In this document: one piece after another, positions 28,657-38,517 of the stretch | Numbering within the stretch: the first letter of the stretch is position 1 | How the letters are laid out: each line of letters opens with the position of its first letter | DNA from: Candidatus Multivorans sp. | Lineage (GTDB): Bacteria; Acidobacteriota; Thermoanaerobaculia; Multivoradales; Multivoraceae | Assembly (NCBI GenBank): GCA_965247095.1 | Contig: OZ251997.1 | Coordinates: 3,200,001 to 3,264,000, forward strand | Length of the DNA stretch: 64,000 nt | Direction: 5' to 3' | Position numbers and translations under genes: made by a program | Notes under the pieces: generated by a model | What the model was told of the DNA's origin: nothing | The model's input: only the letters and a program-made list of their open reading frames with translations | Databases searched by the model: none

Positions 28657-28818
28657 GGGGTTAGGAGGGGTGAGCTCCCAGGTGCCTCTGAACGAGCGAC
28701 GCCCGGCGACCTCCCAGAAACCGACGCCCAACCGGAGCGAGTGAAGCGGAGTGAGCGCAACCCCCTCCCATCTCCTCTCAAGCGCTCACGTCACCTGGGA
28801 GCTGACCCCTCCTGCCCC
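28657..28818. other. 162-bp element with ~27-bp terminal inverted repeats (MITE-like or structured RNA)
   Basis: GGGGTTAGGAGGGGTGAGCTCCCAGGTG ... CACCTGGGAGCTGACCCCTCCTGCCCC, with an internal GTGAGCGC/GCGCTCAC stem. Confidence 0.65.
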
Positions 28819-28837
28819 AAGACGGGCGGGTGCGGCG

Positions 28838-29797
28838 CTAGCCGCCCAGATCGATGAAGCGGTCGCACTGGCCGCGCACCTGCGCATTGGCGTCCGCTCC
28901 GCCGAGGCCGATTACCGTCACGCCGTTCTGCTGCAGCTTGGCCACCAGGGGCAGCATCTGCACCGATGACGCCACCAGCACCATCGTGTTGACACCGGGC
29001 TTCGTGTAGCAGAGCTCGAGAGCATCCACCACGATCCGCACTGCGGCGGAACAACCGCGCTCCTCCATGTTCGACGGCACGTCGACGACTTCGACGCTTC
29101 CGCGGTGAAGCGCGGCGCGATCCAGGTCGTCGTCCCGGGCGTCCGCGTAGACACGGCGCAGGACGAGCTTCCCGAGCTCCCCATCGAGGCGCGCAAACAG
29201 CCCCTCCGGATCAAGCCCGGAGGTTGCTTCCAGGCCGCGTTTCAGAGCGCCCAGATCGAGCAGCACGGCTGCCCGTCCAGCCGCCGACGGCGACGCCGAG
29301 GGCGGCCCGGCAGGCGCGGCTCGAGTTTCCTTCGCCGCGCTCGACTCGCCGTCACTCTGCGCCGCCCGACCGCGACCGCCACGCCGACCGCCACGCCGAC
29401 GGCGGCGGCGTCTGGCCGGCGCCGGCTCGTCCTTGGGAGTTGGGCTGGCCGGCTGCGCCGGTTCCGTCGCCGCCTCGAGGGCCGGCGAAACACTCGCTTC
29501 ACCAGCGTCTTCGCCGTCAGCCACATCCGTCACCGGCGCCACGTCCTCTTCAGCGGCCGCATTGGGGCCGGCTTCCGGCGCGTCAACGCCTGCTTCCGCA
29601 TCCCCGGCCGGCCGCTCGGCATCGACCAGCAGAGACGATGAATCGGCGGCCGGTGCGGTCTCCTCCGCGGTGGGTGCTTCAACCTCTTCGACAGCCGCCT
29701 GAGCCTCCGGCTCGCCCGCGTCCGCGGCAGCGGCACTCTCCGACGCCGCCCGGGCAGGGCCATCTTCCGCTACCTGTCTCCGCCACCATGGATTCAC
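28838..29797 (-). CDS. NYN (LabA/DUF88) domain protein with long acidic/Arg-rich disordered N-terminus
   Basis: AVLLD, RVYAD, VVDAL, LV.KL..NG..VIGLG, CDRFIDL; GTG start. Confidence 0.75.
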   Translation of the reverse strand: MNPWWRRQVAEDGPARAASESAAAADAGEPEAQAAVEEVEAPTAEETAPAADSSSLLVDAERPAGDAEAGVDAPEAGPNAAAEEDVAPVTDVADGEDAGEASVSPALEAATEPAQPASPTPKDEPAPARRRRRRRGGRRGGRGRAAQSDGESSAAKETRAAPAGPPSASPSAAGRAAVLLDLGALKRGLEATSGLDPEGLFARLDGELGKLVLRRVYADARDDDLDRAALHRGSVEVVDVPSNMEERGCSAAVRIVVDALELCYTKPGVNTMVLVASSVQMLPLVAKLQQNGVTVIGLGGADANAQVRGQCDRFIDLGG

Positions 29798-29900
29798 TTC
29801 GCTCTCCCCCTCTTGAAAATCCTCTTGCTGTCGCTTCGGGCCCGACGAACCCGCCGCCCCGACGGTCCCCCGCGCCGACGGGGATTGTATAGTCCGCGCA

Positions 29901-30551
29901 GTGCCCGTTGACGCGCTTCCGTACCGGTACCTGGCCGTCGACGGACCAATCGGCGTAGGCAAAACGACTCTCGTCGAGATGCTCGCGCAGCACTTCGAGG
30001 GCGTGAAGGTCCTCGAGGACGTGGACAACCCCTTTCTCGAGGCCTTCTACCATGACCGGCCAGGGACCGCGTTCCAGACCGAGCTCTACTTCCTGCTGAC
30101 CCGCTACAAGCAGCAACTGGCGCTGGCCCAGGGCGATCTCTTCGATCCCATCCGACTCGCCGACTACACTTTCGCCAAGAGCAGGCTGTTCGCCTATCTC
30201 AACCTGGTCGACGACGAGTTGATGCTGTTCGAGAAGCTCTACGACCTGCTAGAGCCACAGCTACGCGGACCGGACCTGCAGATCTTTCTGACCGCCGACG
30301 TGGAGACCTGCATGGCGCGCATTCACAAGCGCTCGCGCGACATCGAGCAGAACATCTCCGCCGACTACCTGGCGCAGTTGATCGAGGCCTACAACCACTA
30401 CTACTACCACTACGATCAGTCGCCGCTTCTGGTGGTGGACAGCCGCAACCTCGACTTCGAACACAGGCCCGCGGACTTCGAGGAACTGCTACACCACATC
30501 ACCCGACCGATCCGGGGCACCCAGTACGTGGTCCCCGCGCAGAGCACCTGA
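29901..30551 (+). CDS. Deoxynucleoside kinase
   Basis: [27 protein letters not shown]. Confidence 0.9.
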   Translation: MPVDALPYRYLAVDGPIGVGKTTLVEMLAQHFEGVKVLEDVDNPFLEAFYHDRPGTAFQTELYFLLTRYKQQLALAQGDLFDPIRLADYTFAKSRLFAYLNLVDDELMLFEKLYDLLEPQLRGPDLQIFLTADVETCMARIHKRSRDIEQNISADYLAQLIEAYNHYYYHYDQSPLLVVDSRNLDFEHRPADFEELLHHITRPIRGTQYVVPAQST

Positions 30552-30565
30552 GAGGCTACGCCGCC

Positions 30566-31345
30566 ATGACGAAACCGGAGCCTCTTGTTGTCGCTGGCCA
30601 CGAGTTCAGCTCGCGACTCATCCTTGGAACGGGCAAGTACCGCGACGAGCAGTTGATGGTCGACGCGTTCGCCGCCTCGGGCACCGAAATGGTCACCGTG
30701 GCGCTGCGCCGGGTGAACCTCGACGACCTGGGAAAGGGCTCCCTGATCGACCACATCGACCAGGAGCGCTACCTGCTGCTGCCCAACACGGCCGCCTGCT
30801 ACACCGCGGACGACGCGATCCGCACCGCCCGTCTGGCGCGCGAGCTGGGCGGCTGGAACTGGGTCAAGCTGGAGGTCATCGGTGACGAGAAGACCCTCTT
30901 CCCGGACAACGAAGAGCTGCTCGTGGCGACCCGGGAACTCGTTGGCGATGGCTTCATCGTCCTCCCCTACACGACCGACGATCCGATCACCTGCCGCAAG
31001 CTCGAGGATCTCGGCGCCGCGGCCGTCATGCCGCTCGCCGCGCCGATCGGCTCCGGCATGGGCATCCGCAATCCCGCCAATCTCCGGATCATCGTCGAGC
31101 AGGCCAACGTGCCGGTGATCGTGGACGCCGGCGTCGGCACCGCCAGCGACGCCGCTCTGGCCATGGAACTCGGCGCGGACGGCGTGCTGATGAACACCGG
31201 CATCGCCGGCGCCGAGGATCCCGTGCGGATGGCGCGGGCGATGAAACTGGCGGTCGAAGCCGGCTGGCTCGCCGCCAACGCGGGTCGGATCCCCAGGAAG
31301 CTGTATGCGACTGCGTCGTCGCCGCTTGATCAGTTGATCGACTAA
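30566..31345 (+). CDS. thiG: Thiazole synthase
   Basis: [36 protein letters not shown]. Confidence 0.96.
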   Translation: MTKPEPLVVAGHEFSSRLILGTGKYRDEQLMVDAFAASGTEMVTVALRRVNLDDLGKGSLIDHIDQERYLLLPNTAACYTADDAIRTARLARELGGWNWVKLEVIGDEKTLFPDNEELLVATRELVGDGFIVLPYTTDDPITCRKLEDLGAAAVMPLAAPIGSGMGIRNPANLRIIVEQANVPVIVDAGVGTASDAALAMELGADGVLMNTGIAGAEDPVRMARAMKLAVEAGWLAANAGRIPRKLYATASSPLDQLID

Positions 31346-31357
31346 CGCCGCTCGGCG

Positions 31358-32458
31358 CTACGCGGCGCTCGGCGCAAACGGGATCCGGCTTTCGGCATCG
31401 GCAGAGCGTGGATCGTCGGCGTCGCCCCTGCGAAGGCGCAGCAGGCCGGCGTGCGCGATCATCGCCGCGTTGTCGCCGCTGAAGCGGAGCGGCACGAGCA
31501 GCACCTCGACGCCGCGGCGTTCACCCCAGGCCGTCACCTCCCGCCGCAGCAGACGGTTCGCCGCCACGCCGCCCGATACCGAGAGGCGCGCCACGGGTCG
31601 CTCGGCACAGAGGCGATCCAGACGGTTGATGAGCTGGCTCACCGCGGCGCGCCGGAAGCCCGCCAGCAGGTCGAGTACATCCTGGGGCCAGGCCGTGTCG
31701 TCACCTCCGAGCGCCGCCGGCGGTATCTCGGCCCGGGTCTCGATCTCCGCCAGCGCCCGCAGAGCCTGACTCTTCAGGCCCGAGTACGAGAAGGCCAGCT
31801 CGTTCGAGCTGATCCTGGCAGTGCCGAACCGCCGCGCGGACGGATCGCCCAGCTCGGCCAGCCGGTCGACTTCGGCGCCGCCGGGAAAGGGCAGCCCGAG
31901 CCGGCGGCCGACCTTGTCGAACGCTTCCCCGACCGCGTCGTCGCGGGTCTCGGCAAGGCTCGTCACGGCGCCCGTCCGGCCGTCGACCTCGAGCAGGCTG
32001 GTGTGGCCGCCGGACACGACCAACCCCAGCATCGACTCGGGCAGCGGCCGGCTCGTACCGTCGGTCCTGAGCAAGGGCGAGAACAGATGCCCTTCCAGGT
32101 GGTGGACGGCAAGGAAGGGCGCCCCCAGGGAGTAGCTGATCGCCTTGCCGAGGGACAGCCCGACCAGGAGCGACCCCACCAGCCCGGGTCCCCGGGTCGC
32201 CGCGACCGCCCCGATGTCCGACCAGCCGATCCCCGCCTCCGCCAGCGCCGCGCCCGATACCGTCGGCCAGTTCCGGAGATGCTCGCGCGACGCCGCCTCC
32301 GGCACCACGCCGCCGAAGGGGCGATGGACCTCCAGTTGGCTCGAGACCTGGGACGAAAGCACCCGACCCTCGCCGTCGAGCACCGCGCAAGCGGTGTCGT
32401 CGCAGGAGGTTTCGATGCCGAGGACGTATCCCCGGAACGCCGTCGTCTCCCCGGACAT
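31358..32458 (-). CDS. tsaD: tRNA N6-adenosine threonylcarbamoyltransferase
   Basis: GIETSCDDT, GGVVPEAASREH, HHLEGH, VSGGHT, DDAVGEAFDK, DNAAMIA. Confidence 0.96.
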   Translation of the reverse strand: MSGETTAFRGYVLGIETSCDDTACAVLDGEGRVLSSQVSSQLEVHRPFGGVVPEAASREHLRNWPTVSGAALAEAGIGWSDIGAVAATRGPGLVGSLLVGLSLGKAISYSLGAPFLAVHHLEGHLFSPLLRTDGTSRPLPESMLGLVVSGGHTSLLEVDGRTGAVTSLAETRDDAVGEAFDKVGRRLGLPFPGGAEVDRLAELGDPSARRFGTARISSNELAFSYSGLKSQALRALAEIETRAEIPPAALGGDDTAWPQDVLDLLAGFRRAAVSQLINRLDRLCAERPVARLSVSGGVAANRLLRREVTAWGERRGVEVLLVPLRFSGDNAAMIAHAGLLRLRRGDADDPRSADAESRIPFAPSAA

Positions 32459-32527
32459 GCCGGCGACGTTATCCTCCGCAGTTCCGCGCCCGGCAGCGGC
32501 GCCATCGCCTTCGCGCGAGAACCCACC

Positions 32528-33760
32528 GTGATTCCTCCCCCCAGCCTCCAAGCCGCGCTCGCCGACGGTTCGCTCGACCTCCGCGGCCGGAGAGTCGTCG
32601 TGCGGGTCGACTTCAACGTTCCCATGGCGAACGGGCAGGTGCTGGACGCGACCAGGCTGCGCGAAGCGGCGCCGACGATCCGCACCCTCTGCGATGCCGG
32701 CGCCCGGGTCGTGCTGCTCTCCCACCGCGGCCGGCCCCGGGGCAGGGTCGACCCCGAGCTCAGCCTGCGCCCGGTGGCCGACGCGCTGGCGAAGGTACTC
32801 GACCGCGCTGTCGCCTTCGCGGCGGACTGCGTCGGCCCGGCCGCCCGCGAAGCCGTGGCCGCTCTTGGCGACGGCGCCGTCTGCCTGTGCGAGAACCTCC
32901 GGTTCCACGCCGGCGAGGAGGCGAACGATCCGGCGTTTGCCTCCTCGCTTGCGGCCCTCGGCGAGATCTACGTGAACGACGCCTTCGGCGCCGCGCACCG
33001 CGCTCACGCGTCGACCGCCGCCGTCTGCGACCGGATGGATCAGGTCTTCAGCGGATTGCTGCTGGACCGCGAACTGCGGCAGCTCCGCCGTTTGCTCGAC
33101 GACCCACCCCGCCCCTTCGTGCTGATCGTCGGCGGCGCCAAGATCCGCGGCAAGATCGACGCGCTCTTCCACCTGCTGCCCCTGGTCGACCGCGTGCTCG
33201 TCGGCGGGGGCATGTCCAACACCTTTCTCGCCGCGCGGGGCGTCGACCTGGGAGCCTCCCTGGTGGAAAGCGAGGCCCTCGACCTGGCCGTAGCGGTCGA
33301 AGCGGAGACGGTGGCTCGCGGCGCCGAACTGCTGCTGCCGACCGATCTCGTGGTCACCGACTCCCTCGACGCGCCGGCGGACCAGCGTCGGCGCCGCACG
33401 GCGCCGGCCGACGGCGGCGTCCCGGCCGGGTGGCTGGCGGTCGATATCGGCCCCGCGACCCGGGACGCGTTCGCCGGAGCCACGGCGGACGCCGCGACGC
33501 TGTTCTGGAACGGACCCTTGGGCGTCTTCGAGACGCCGCCCTTCGATGCCGGCAGCCGCGCGGTGGCGCGAGCGGTCGCCGCCTGCCCGGGGTTTACCGC
33601 CGTCGGCGGCGGCGAGACGGTGGCCGCAGTGAAGCAGGAGGGCCTGGCCGACCGGATCGATCACGTCTCGACCGGCGGTGGCGCTTCCCTGGCGTTGCTC
33701 GCGGGGGAAGAACTACCGGCGGTCGAAGCGTTGCGCAAGGCCCCGAGGAGAGACCAATGA
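32528..33760 (+). CDS. pgk: Phosphoglycerate kinase
   Basis: RVDFNVP, SHRGRP, ENLRF, NDAFG.AHRAHAS, WNGPLGVFE, STGGGASL. Confidence 0.96.
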   Translation: MIPPPSLQAALADGSLDLRGRRVVVRVDFNVPMANGQVLDATRLREAAPTIRTLCDAGARVVLLSHRGRPRGRVDPELSLRPVADALAKVLDRAVAFAADCVGPAAREAVAALGDGAVCLCENLRFHAGEEANDPAFASSLAALGEIYVNDAFGAAHRAHASTAAVCDRMDQVFSGLLLDRELRQLRRLLDDPPRPFVLIVGGAKIRGKIDALFHLLPLVDRVLVGGGMSNTFLAARGVDLGASLVESEALDLAVAVEAETVARGAELLLPTDLVVTDSLDAPADQRRRRTAPADGGVPAGWLAVDIGPATRDAFAGATADAATLFWNGPLGVFETPPFDAGSRAVARAVAACPGFTAVGGGETVAAVKQEGLADRIDHVSTGGGASLALLAGEELPAVEALRKAPRRDQ

Positions 33761-34542
33761 AGCGCAAAGCCATTGTCGCCGGCAACTGGAAGATGAACCT
33801 GCTGGGAAACGATGTCGCGGCCTACGCCAAGGCGCTGGCCGCGGCCGGGCCGGGTGAGACGGACGTCGACGTCGTCGTGTTTCCAACCCCGGTCTACCTG
33901 GATGTGGCCGCCCGCGCCATGCCGCGGTGGGCTTCGGTGGGGGCACAGGACGTCCACGCCGAGGAGAAGGGCGCGTACACCGGCGATGTCGCCGCCGCCC
34001 AGGCGCGGGACGCCGGCGCCACGTGGGCGCTGGCCGGGCACTCGGAACGGCGCGAGTTCCACGGCGAATCGAACGCCGAGGTGGCGCGCAAGGCGGAGCG
34101 GGCTCTCGCAGCCGGCATGACGCCCGTGGTCTGCGTCGGCGAAACGCTGGAGCACCGCCAGCAGGGTGAGACCGAGGCGATCCTCGACGCGCAGTTGGCC
34201 ACCGTGCTCGGGGTGCTGGACGCCGCCGACGGTGACGCCGGCGCCGGCGCCGTGCTCGCCTACGAACCGGTCTGGGCGATCGGCACCGGCCTGAGCGCTT
34301 CGCCTGAGATCGCGGCCGCCGTCCACAGCCACCTGCGAAGCGCGCTGAACGGCCACCGGCACGGCCTCGGCGACGCCGCCCGCATCCTCTACGGCGGGTC
34401 CGTCAACGCGGACAATTGCCGCGATCTGCTGAGCCGCCCGGACATCGACGGCTTTCTCATCGGCGGCGCAAGTCTTGATCCTGCCTCATTCCTGCGTATC
34501 ATTCGTCTTTCTGCGGGTTCCGGCGGCGGTGCAGCGCCTTAG
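33757..34542 (+). CDS. tpiA: Triosephosphate isomerase
   Basis: AGNWKMN, GHSERR, AYEPVWAIGTG, YGGSV, GGASL. Confidence 0.97.
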   Translation: MKRKAIVAGNWKMNLLGNDVAAYAKALAAAGPGETDVDVVVFPTPVYLDVAARAMPRWASVGAQDVHAEEKGAYTGDVAAAQARDAGATWALAGHSERREFHGESNAEVARKAERALAAGMTPVVCVGETLEHRQQGETEAILDAQLATVLGVLDAADGDAGAGAVLAYEPVWAIGTGLSASPEIAAAVHSHLRSALNGHRHGLGDAARILYGGSVNADNCRDLLSRPDIDGFLIGGASLDPASFLRIIRLSAGSGGGAAP

Positions 34543-34571
34543 ACGAACGGAACCGCCTCGAGGAGATTCTC

Positions 34572-34955
34572 GTGATCCTTGTCTTCTATGCCGTCCACGT
34601 GGCGCTTTCGTTGTTTCTGGTCCTCGTCGTGCTGCTGCAGCAGGGCAAGGGCGCCGATCTGTCCGTCTTCGGCGGCGGCGCGTCCCAGGCCGCCTTCGGC
34701 GCCCGGGGAGCGGCAACTCTGCTGCACAAGCTGACCGTGGTCTGCTTCGTGCTCTTCATCGTGACGACCCTGTCCATCGGCATCCTGCAGAAGCAGGGCA
34801 CCTCGTCCGTCATGAGCGGCGTCGATTCGGTGATGGACGAGGTCGAGGCCGCCGAACCGGAGACCGCTCCGGACGCCGCGCCCGTAGCGCCGGCGGAGAC
34901 GGATTCGCCGGCGGCCGAGCCGGCAAGCGAAGACCAAAACGGCAATCCAGGCTGA
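34572..34955 (+). CDS. secG: Preprotein translocase subunit SecG
   Basis: VLLQQGKGAD...FGGG...FG, two TMs; tpiA-secG-tRNA-Leu synteny. Confidence 0.93.
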   Translation: MILVFYAVHVALSLFLVLVVLLQQGKGADLSVFGGGASQAAFGARGAATLLHKLTVVCFVLFIVTTLSIGILQKQGTSSVMSGVDSVMDEVEAAEPETAPDAAPVAPAETDSPAAEPASEDQNGNPG

Positions 34956-34975
34956 TTCAGCGGAGACGTGACTGA

Positions 34976-35060
34976 GCCGAAGTGGCGGAATTGGTAGACG
35001 CGCACGGTTGAGGGCCGTGTGGGGCAACCCGTGCCGGTTCGAGTCCGGCCTTCGGCACCA
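34976..35060 (+). tRNA. tRNA-Leu (GAG)
   Basis: GCCGAAGTGGCGGAATTGGTAGACGC...CACGG-TT-GAG-GG-CCGTG, variable arm, GGTTCGAGTCC, CCA. Confidence 0.97.
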
Positions 35061-35108
35061 CGATCGATCCAGCAGGCGGACGAACGGTTACCAGGGACCA
35101 CTTTGCCC

Positions 35109-35147
35109 CGCGAGCGGGCTACTGGACGCGAGCGGGCTACTGGACGC
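35109..35147. repeat. 18-bp tandem duplication spanning the ppi stop codon
   Basis: CGCGAGCGGGCTACTGGA twice. Confidence 0.8.
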
Positions 35148-35718
35148 TGACCCTCTTGATCGAGACGGTCTCCAGCGGCTGCGCATTGCTCACGTGAGTG
35201 GCCTTGACCTCCACCGTCGCGATTGAATCGACCACTTCCATGCCCTCAACGACCTTGCCGAACACGGCGTAGCCCCAACTGTCGCCCTCCGCGTCCAGGC
35301 CCTTGTTGTCCAACAGGTTGATGAAGAACTGCGCCGTGGCGCTGTGCGGATCACCGGTCCTCGCCATCGAAATCGTGCCGCGCTTGTTGGAGAGGCCGTT
35401 CTTGGACTCGTTCTCGATCTCCGGGCGGGTGATCTTCTTCTGCATCTTCGCGTCGAAGCCACCGCCCTGAATCATGAAGGCGTCCATGACCCGGTGGAAC
35501 ACCGTGCCGTCATACCAGCCCGACTCGACATACTGGAGGAAGTTCGCGACGGTGATCGGCGCCTTCTCGGGATTGAGTTCCAGCACGATCGTGCCGTGGT
35601 TCGTTTCGAGGGCAACCCTGGGGGCGGCGTCCTGGCCCAGGGCCGGCGCGGCGAGCAGAACGGTCGTAGCAGCGTAAATCAAGAAGCGACTCCATGGTCC
35701 GGCCTGTGAACTGTGCAT
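35137..35718 (-). CDS. Cyclophilin-type peptidyl-prolyl isomerase, exported
   Basis: [42 protein letters not shown]. Confidence 0.93.
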   Translation of the reverse strand: MHSSQAGPWSRFLIYAATTVLLAAPALGQDAAPRVALETNHGTIVLELNPEKAPITVANFLQYVESGWYDGTVFHRVMDAFMIQGGGFDAKMQKKITRPEIENESKNGLSNKRGTISMARTGDPHSATAQFFINLLDNKGLDAEGDSWGYAVFGKVVEGMEVVDSIATVEVKATHVSNAQPLETVSIKRVSVQ

Positions 35719-35735
35719 CTGGTCGATCTCCAGAG

Positions 35736-36452
35736 ATGAATCCGCCTGGGCCCCATGCCGCAGGCGCGGCGCAGCCTAGCAGTCCGCGCCCTCAGACGCC
35801 GTCGCTCGTGGGCGTCGTGCTGGCGGGCGGCGCCGGCCGCCGGCTCGGCCGCGGCAAGGCGGGCCTCCGGCTGCCGGGTCGTCGGCCGGAAGAGCCGGGG
35901 CCGACGCTGGTCGAATGGGCCGCGTCCCGGCTTGCAGCGGTCAACGGCGTCGAGGAGGTCCTGGTGGCGGCCGGAAACGTCGGCACCGGGAGCATTTCAA
36001 CGGGAACTGACGTGCCGGTCTCGGCTATAGCCGACGGCACCGGCTCGGGCCCGGCTGCCGGCGTGCTCGGAGCGGCCCGGTCCCGGCCCGGCCGAGAGCT
36101 GCTCGTGCTCGCCTGTGACCTTCCGCTGGCGCCGGTGGAATTGTTGGACGCCCTCGCCGATAGCCGGGCCGACCTGGCCTCGGCGGCTTCCAACCCGGCT
36201 GATCCGTGGTCCATGAACCCCACCTGTGCGCTGTGGAAGCCGCCGGCCCTGAGGTTGCTCGAACGGCGCGTCGCCACCGGCGACTTCCGCCTCTATCCGA
36301 CGCTCCAGAGCTCTGGCCTCCGGGTACAAGCGATCGACGCCGGCAGGTTCGGTGATCCAAAGCGCGTTCTGCTGAATGTGAACACGGCCGATGACTGGGA
36401 GCGGGCCCAGCGGCTATTCGACCTAACGGGACTGCGACCCGCCGCCCTCTGA
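35736..36452 (+). CDS. mobA: Molybdenum cofactor guanylyltransferase
   Basis: VLAGG.GRRLG..K, GP.AG, LACDLP, NVNT..D. Confidence 0.82.
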   Translation: MNPPGPHAAGAAQPSSPRPQTPSLVGVVLAGGAGRRLGRGKAGLRLPGRRPEEPGPTLVEWAASRLAAVNGVEEVLVAAGNVGTGSISTGTDVPVSAIADGTGSGPAAGVLGAARSRPGRELLVLACDLPLAPVELLDALADSRADLASAASNPADPWSMNPTCALWKPPALRLLERRVATGDFRLYPTLQSSGLRVQAIDAGRFGDPKRVLLNVNTADDWERAQRLFDLTGLRPAAL

Positions 36453-36788
36453 TCGACGCGCCTGGCACTCGGCACACGGGCAGAGACGCCGCAGGAGGTC
36501 GAAGCGGTAGATGCCGGTCCAGTGACCGTCGGACCAGGCGATGCTGAGTGCGTAGTTGCCGACCTGGGACACCGTCTGTGCAGTCACCGGCCGCGGCGGC
36601 GGTTGATACCGCAACGGCCCCGCGTTGTGCCCCTGGCACATGGCGCAGGGGCAGTAGCCGCGGAGGACGTCGTACTCGTAGTCGCTCGCGTGGCCGTCCT
36701 GCCATTGGACGCGCAGCAGCCGCGCCTCGTGATCGCGCCGCACTTCGGTGGGCCAGATGGTCACTGAAACCGTCCGGTGCGTGGCCAT
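36423..36788 (-). CDS. DUF971 (GBBH-like N-terminal) protein
   Basis: W.DGH, LRGYCPCAMC, VGNYAL...WSDGH.TGIY. Confidence 0.88.
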   Translation of the reverse strand: MATHRTVSVTIWPTEVRRDHEARLLRVQWQDGHASDYEYDVLRGYCPCAMCQGHNAGPLRYQPPPRPVTAQTVSQVGNYALSIAWSDGHWTGIYRFDLLRRLCPCAECQARRSEGGGSQSR

Positions 36789-37105
36789 GGCCGGCCCCCG
36801 GTCGCCGCTTGCAACGGCGTCGGCGGGTCGACGGTGCCGAACGGCGTCCATGGTCCACACCGGACCAGGCGCGCCACACTGCTCAGACCGCCGGCTGCCA
36901 GACCGCGCGCCCGGACCTGTGCCCGGGCGTACTCGCTGCAGGAGGGCACGAAACGGCAGCGCACCCCGGCGCGGGAAAGAAGCGGCGGCACGCCTACCTG
37001 GTACACGCTGATCAGCGCGCCGGCGACCCGCACGGAAAACTGCCTCTCCGGCCGCCGCCCGAGGTCGAAAGCCAGGGCGACGCAGAGCGCCAGAGCCACG
37101 AACAT
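36761..37105 (-). CDS. yidD: Membrane protein insertion efficiency factor
   Basis: YQ...CRFVPSCSEY...RLVRCGPW...G.VDP. Confidence 0.82.
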   Translation of the reverse strand: MFVALALCVALAFDLGRRPERQFSVRVAGALISVYQVGVPPLLSRAGVRCRFVPSCSEYARAQVRARGLAAGGLSSVARLVRCGPWTPFGTVDPPTPLQAATGGRPWPRTGRFQ

Positions 37106-37155
37106 CAACACTCTCCTCAGGGAGAGCTTCGGTCTTCGGGTTTGGCGGCGAACGC

Positions 37156-37524
37156 TCAGAAGCGGTCGACCAGGGGCGTCAGCACAGGCACCTTGAGGCG
37201 CCGGCCATTGATTCCCTGCACAATGCACGCGATCCGCACCAGCACGAAGGCGACGAACGCCATGAAGATGAACGGCGCCAGCAGGCAGCCGATGCCTCCG
37301 GTCAGGAACAGGGCGATCTGGATCACGATCCACAGCCCGAACTCCGCGCCCATCAGGACGAGGCCGTGCTTCGCGTGCCACTTCACCTCCTCATCCTTCT
37401 CCTCGATCAGGAGCGGCACCAGAACCAGGATCCAGAGGTAGGCGAGAACCACCATCAGGTTCCGGTTCGACGCCGGCGCAGGGGGAGGGGGCGGTGTGGG
37501 TGGGGGCGCTGCCGGTTCTGTCAT
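37156..37524 (-). CDS. DUF4870-like membrane protein
   Basis: VLAYL..LVPL...VKWHAKHGL; three TMs. Confidence 0.75.
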   Translation of the reverse strand: MTEPAAPPPTPPPPPAPASNRNLMVVLAYLWILVLVPLLIEEKDEEVKWHAKHGLVLMGAEFGLWIVIQIALFLTGGIGCLLAPFIFMAFVAFVLVRIACIVQGINGRRLKVPVLTPLVDRF

Positions 37525-38506
37525 GCGTCTACCTTCACATCGAGCGCCTCGCCGGGCCTGTATGCGGAGGCGCCTCCGAGAGCCAGTGTAGCGCGGTAGA
37601 CCTCCCGGTATCGCGCCACGATCGCGCCGCGGTCGAAGCGGGAGCGGGCCCAACGACGACCGTGCCTGCCGAAAGCCTCACGGCGTGGAGAGTCGCCGAG
37701 CAGGGCAACGCAGCTCCGCGCCAGCGCCTCCACGTCGCCGACCGGACACCGTCGCCCACCAGGCAGAGCCGCGCCGGGAGCTGGCGCCGGACCAGAGCAA
37801 ACGCCGCAACGACATCGGCCAGGCGCTTCACCGGACGGAAGTTCGAGATGTGGACGATCTGCATGCCCCGTTCCAGCGGCGCGTCCGACACCGCCGGGCC
37901 AAGACCGTTGTCCGCTCCCGTGATCCCCGACGCTGCCCGCCATACGGGGTCCCGGGCCACGGGCACGAAGTTGGGGATCACCTCGACCGGGTCATCGAGA
38001 GCGAACCGCTCCGTGACCTCCCGCTGCAGGGCGTGACTGGGGACCGTGACGCAGTCGCTGCCCCTGAGCGCCCAGCCGACGATGTCGCTGTAGCTCGGAT
38101 GAGCGCCCACGAGGGTCACGTCCGTGCCATGGACCGTCGTGACCACCGGGCAAGCCCGCGGCCCGCCCGCGGCTTGCGCAAGCATCTGTCGCGCCAGCAG
38201 CGCCGCCACCGCGTGCGGCGCCGCGTAGTGAACGTGAATCAGGTCCAGCAGGCAGTCCTGGGCCACCTGTGCCAGCCGGTTCGCGAGGGCCAGCGTGTAG
38301 GGCGGATGCTCGAAAAGCCCGTACTCCAGGATTCCCGAACCGTCGACCGGGTGATGGTGAACTCCCGACGCCTCCGGCAGACGCGGCGGCCGGGTCGAGC
38401 TGACGACGTGGACGGAGTCGCCGCTCTCGGCCAACGCGAGAGCCAACTCCGAGGCAACAACCCCGGAGCCCCAGAAACTCGGGAAGCAACAGATCCCAAC
38501 GCGCAT
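37521..38506 (-). pseudogene. bshA: N-acetyl-alpha-D-glucosaminyl L-malate synthase with frameshifting internal deletion
   Basis: GSGVVASEL, HVHYA.PHA, TT.HGTDVT, HISNFRPVKR, LVGDG, then jumps (~37748) to CPVGDVEAL in another frame; the ESFG..ALEA region is missing. Confidence 0.8.
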
Positions 38507-38517
38507 CCGACCCCCTT

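Noticed and set aside
31358-33760. Apparent 768/769-aa overlapping proteins (also the 1022-aa ORF 38518-41586 and 726-aa ORF 19162-21342)
   Set aside because: Real genes (tsaD, pgk, bshC, mmsA) extended upstream through the antisense of their neighbours; not fusions.
28461-35060. Prophage or integrative island at tRNA-Arg or tRNA-Leu
   Set aside because: No integrase, phage genes or duplicated tRNA 3' ends were seen.
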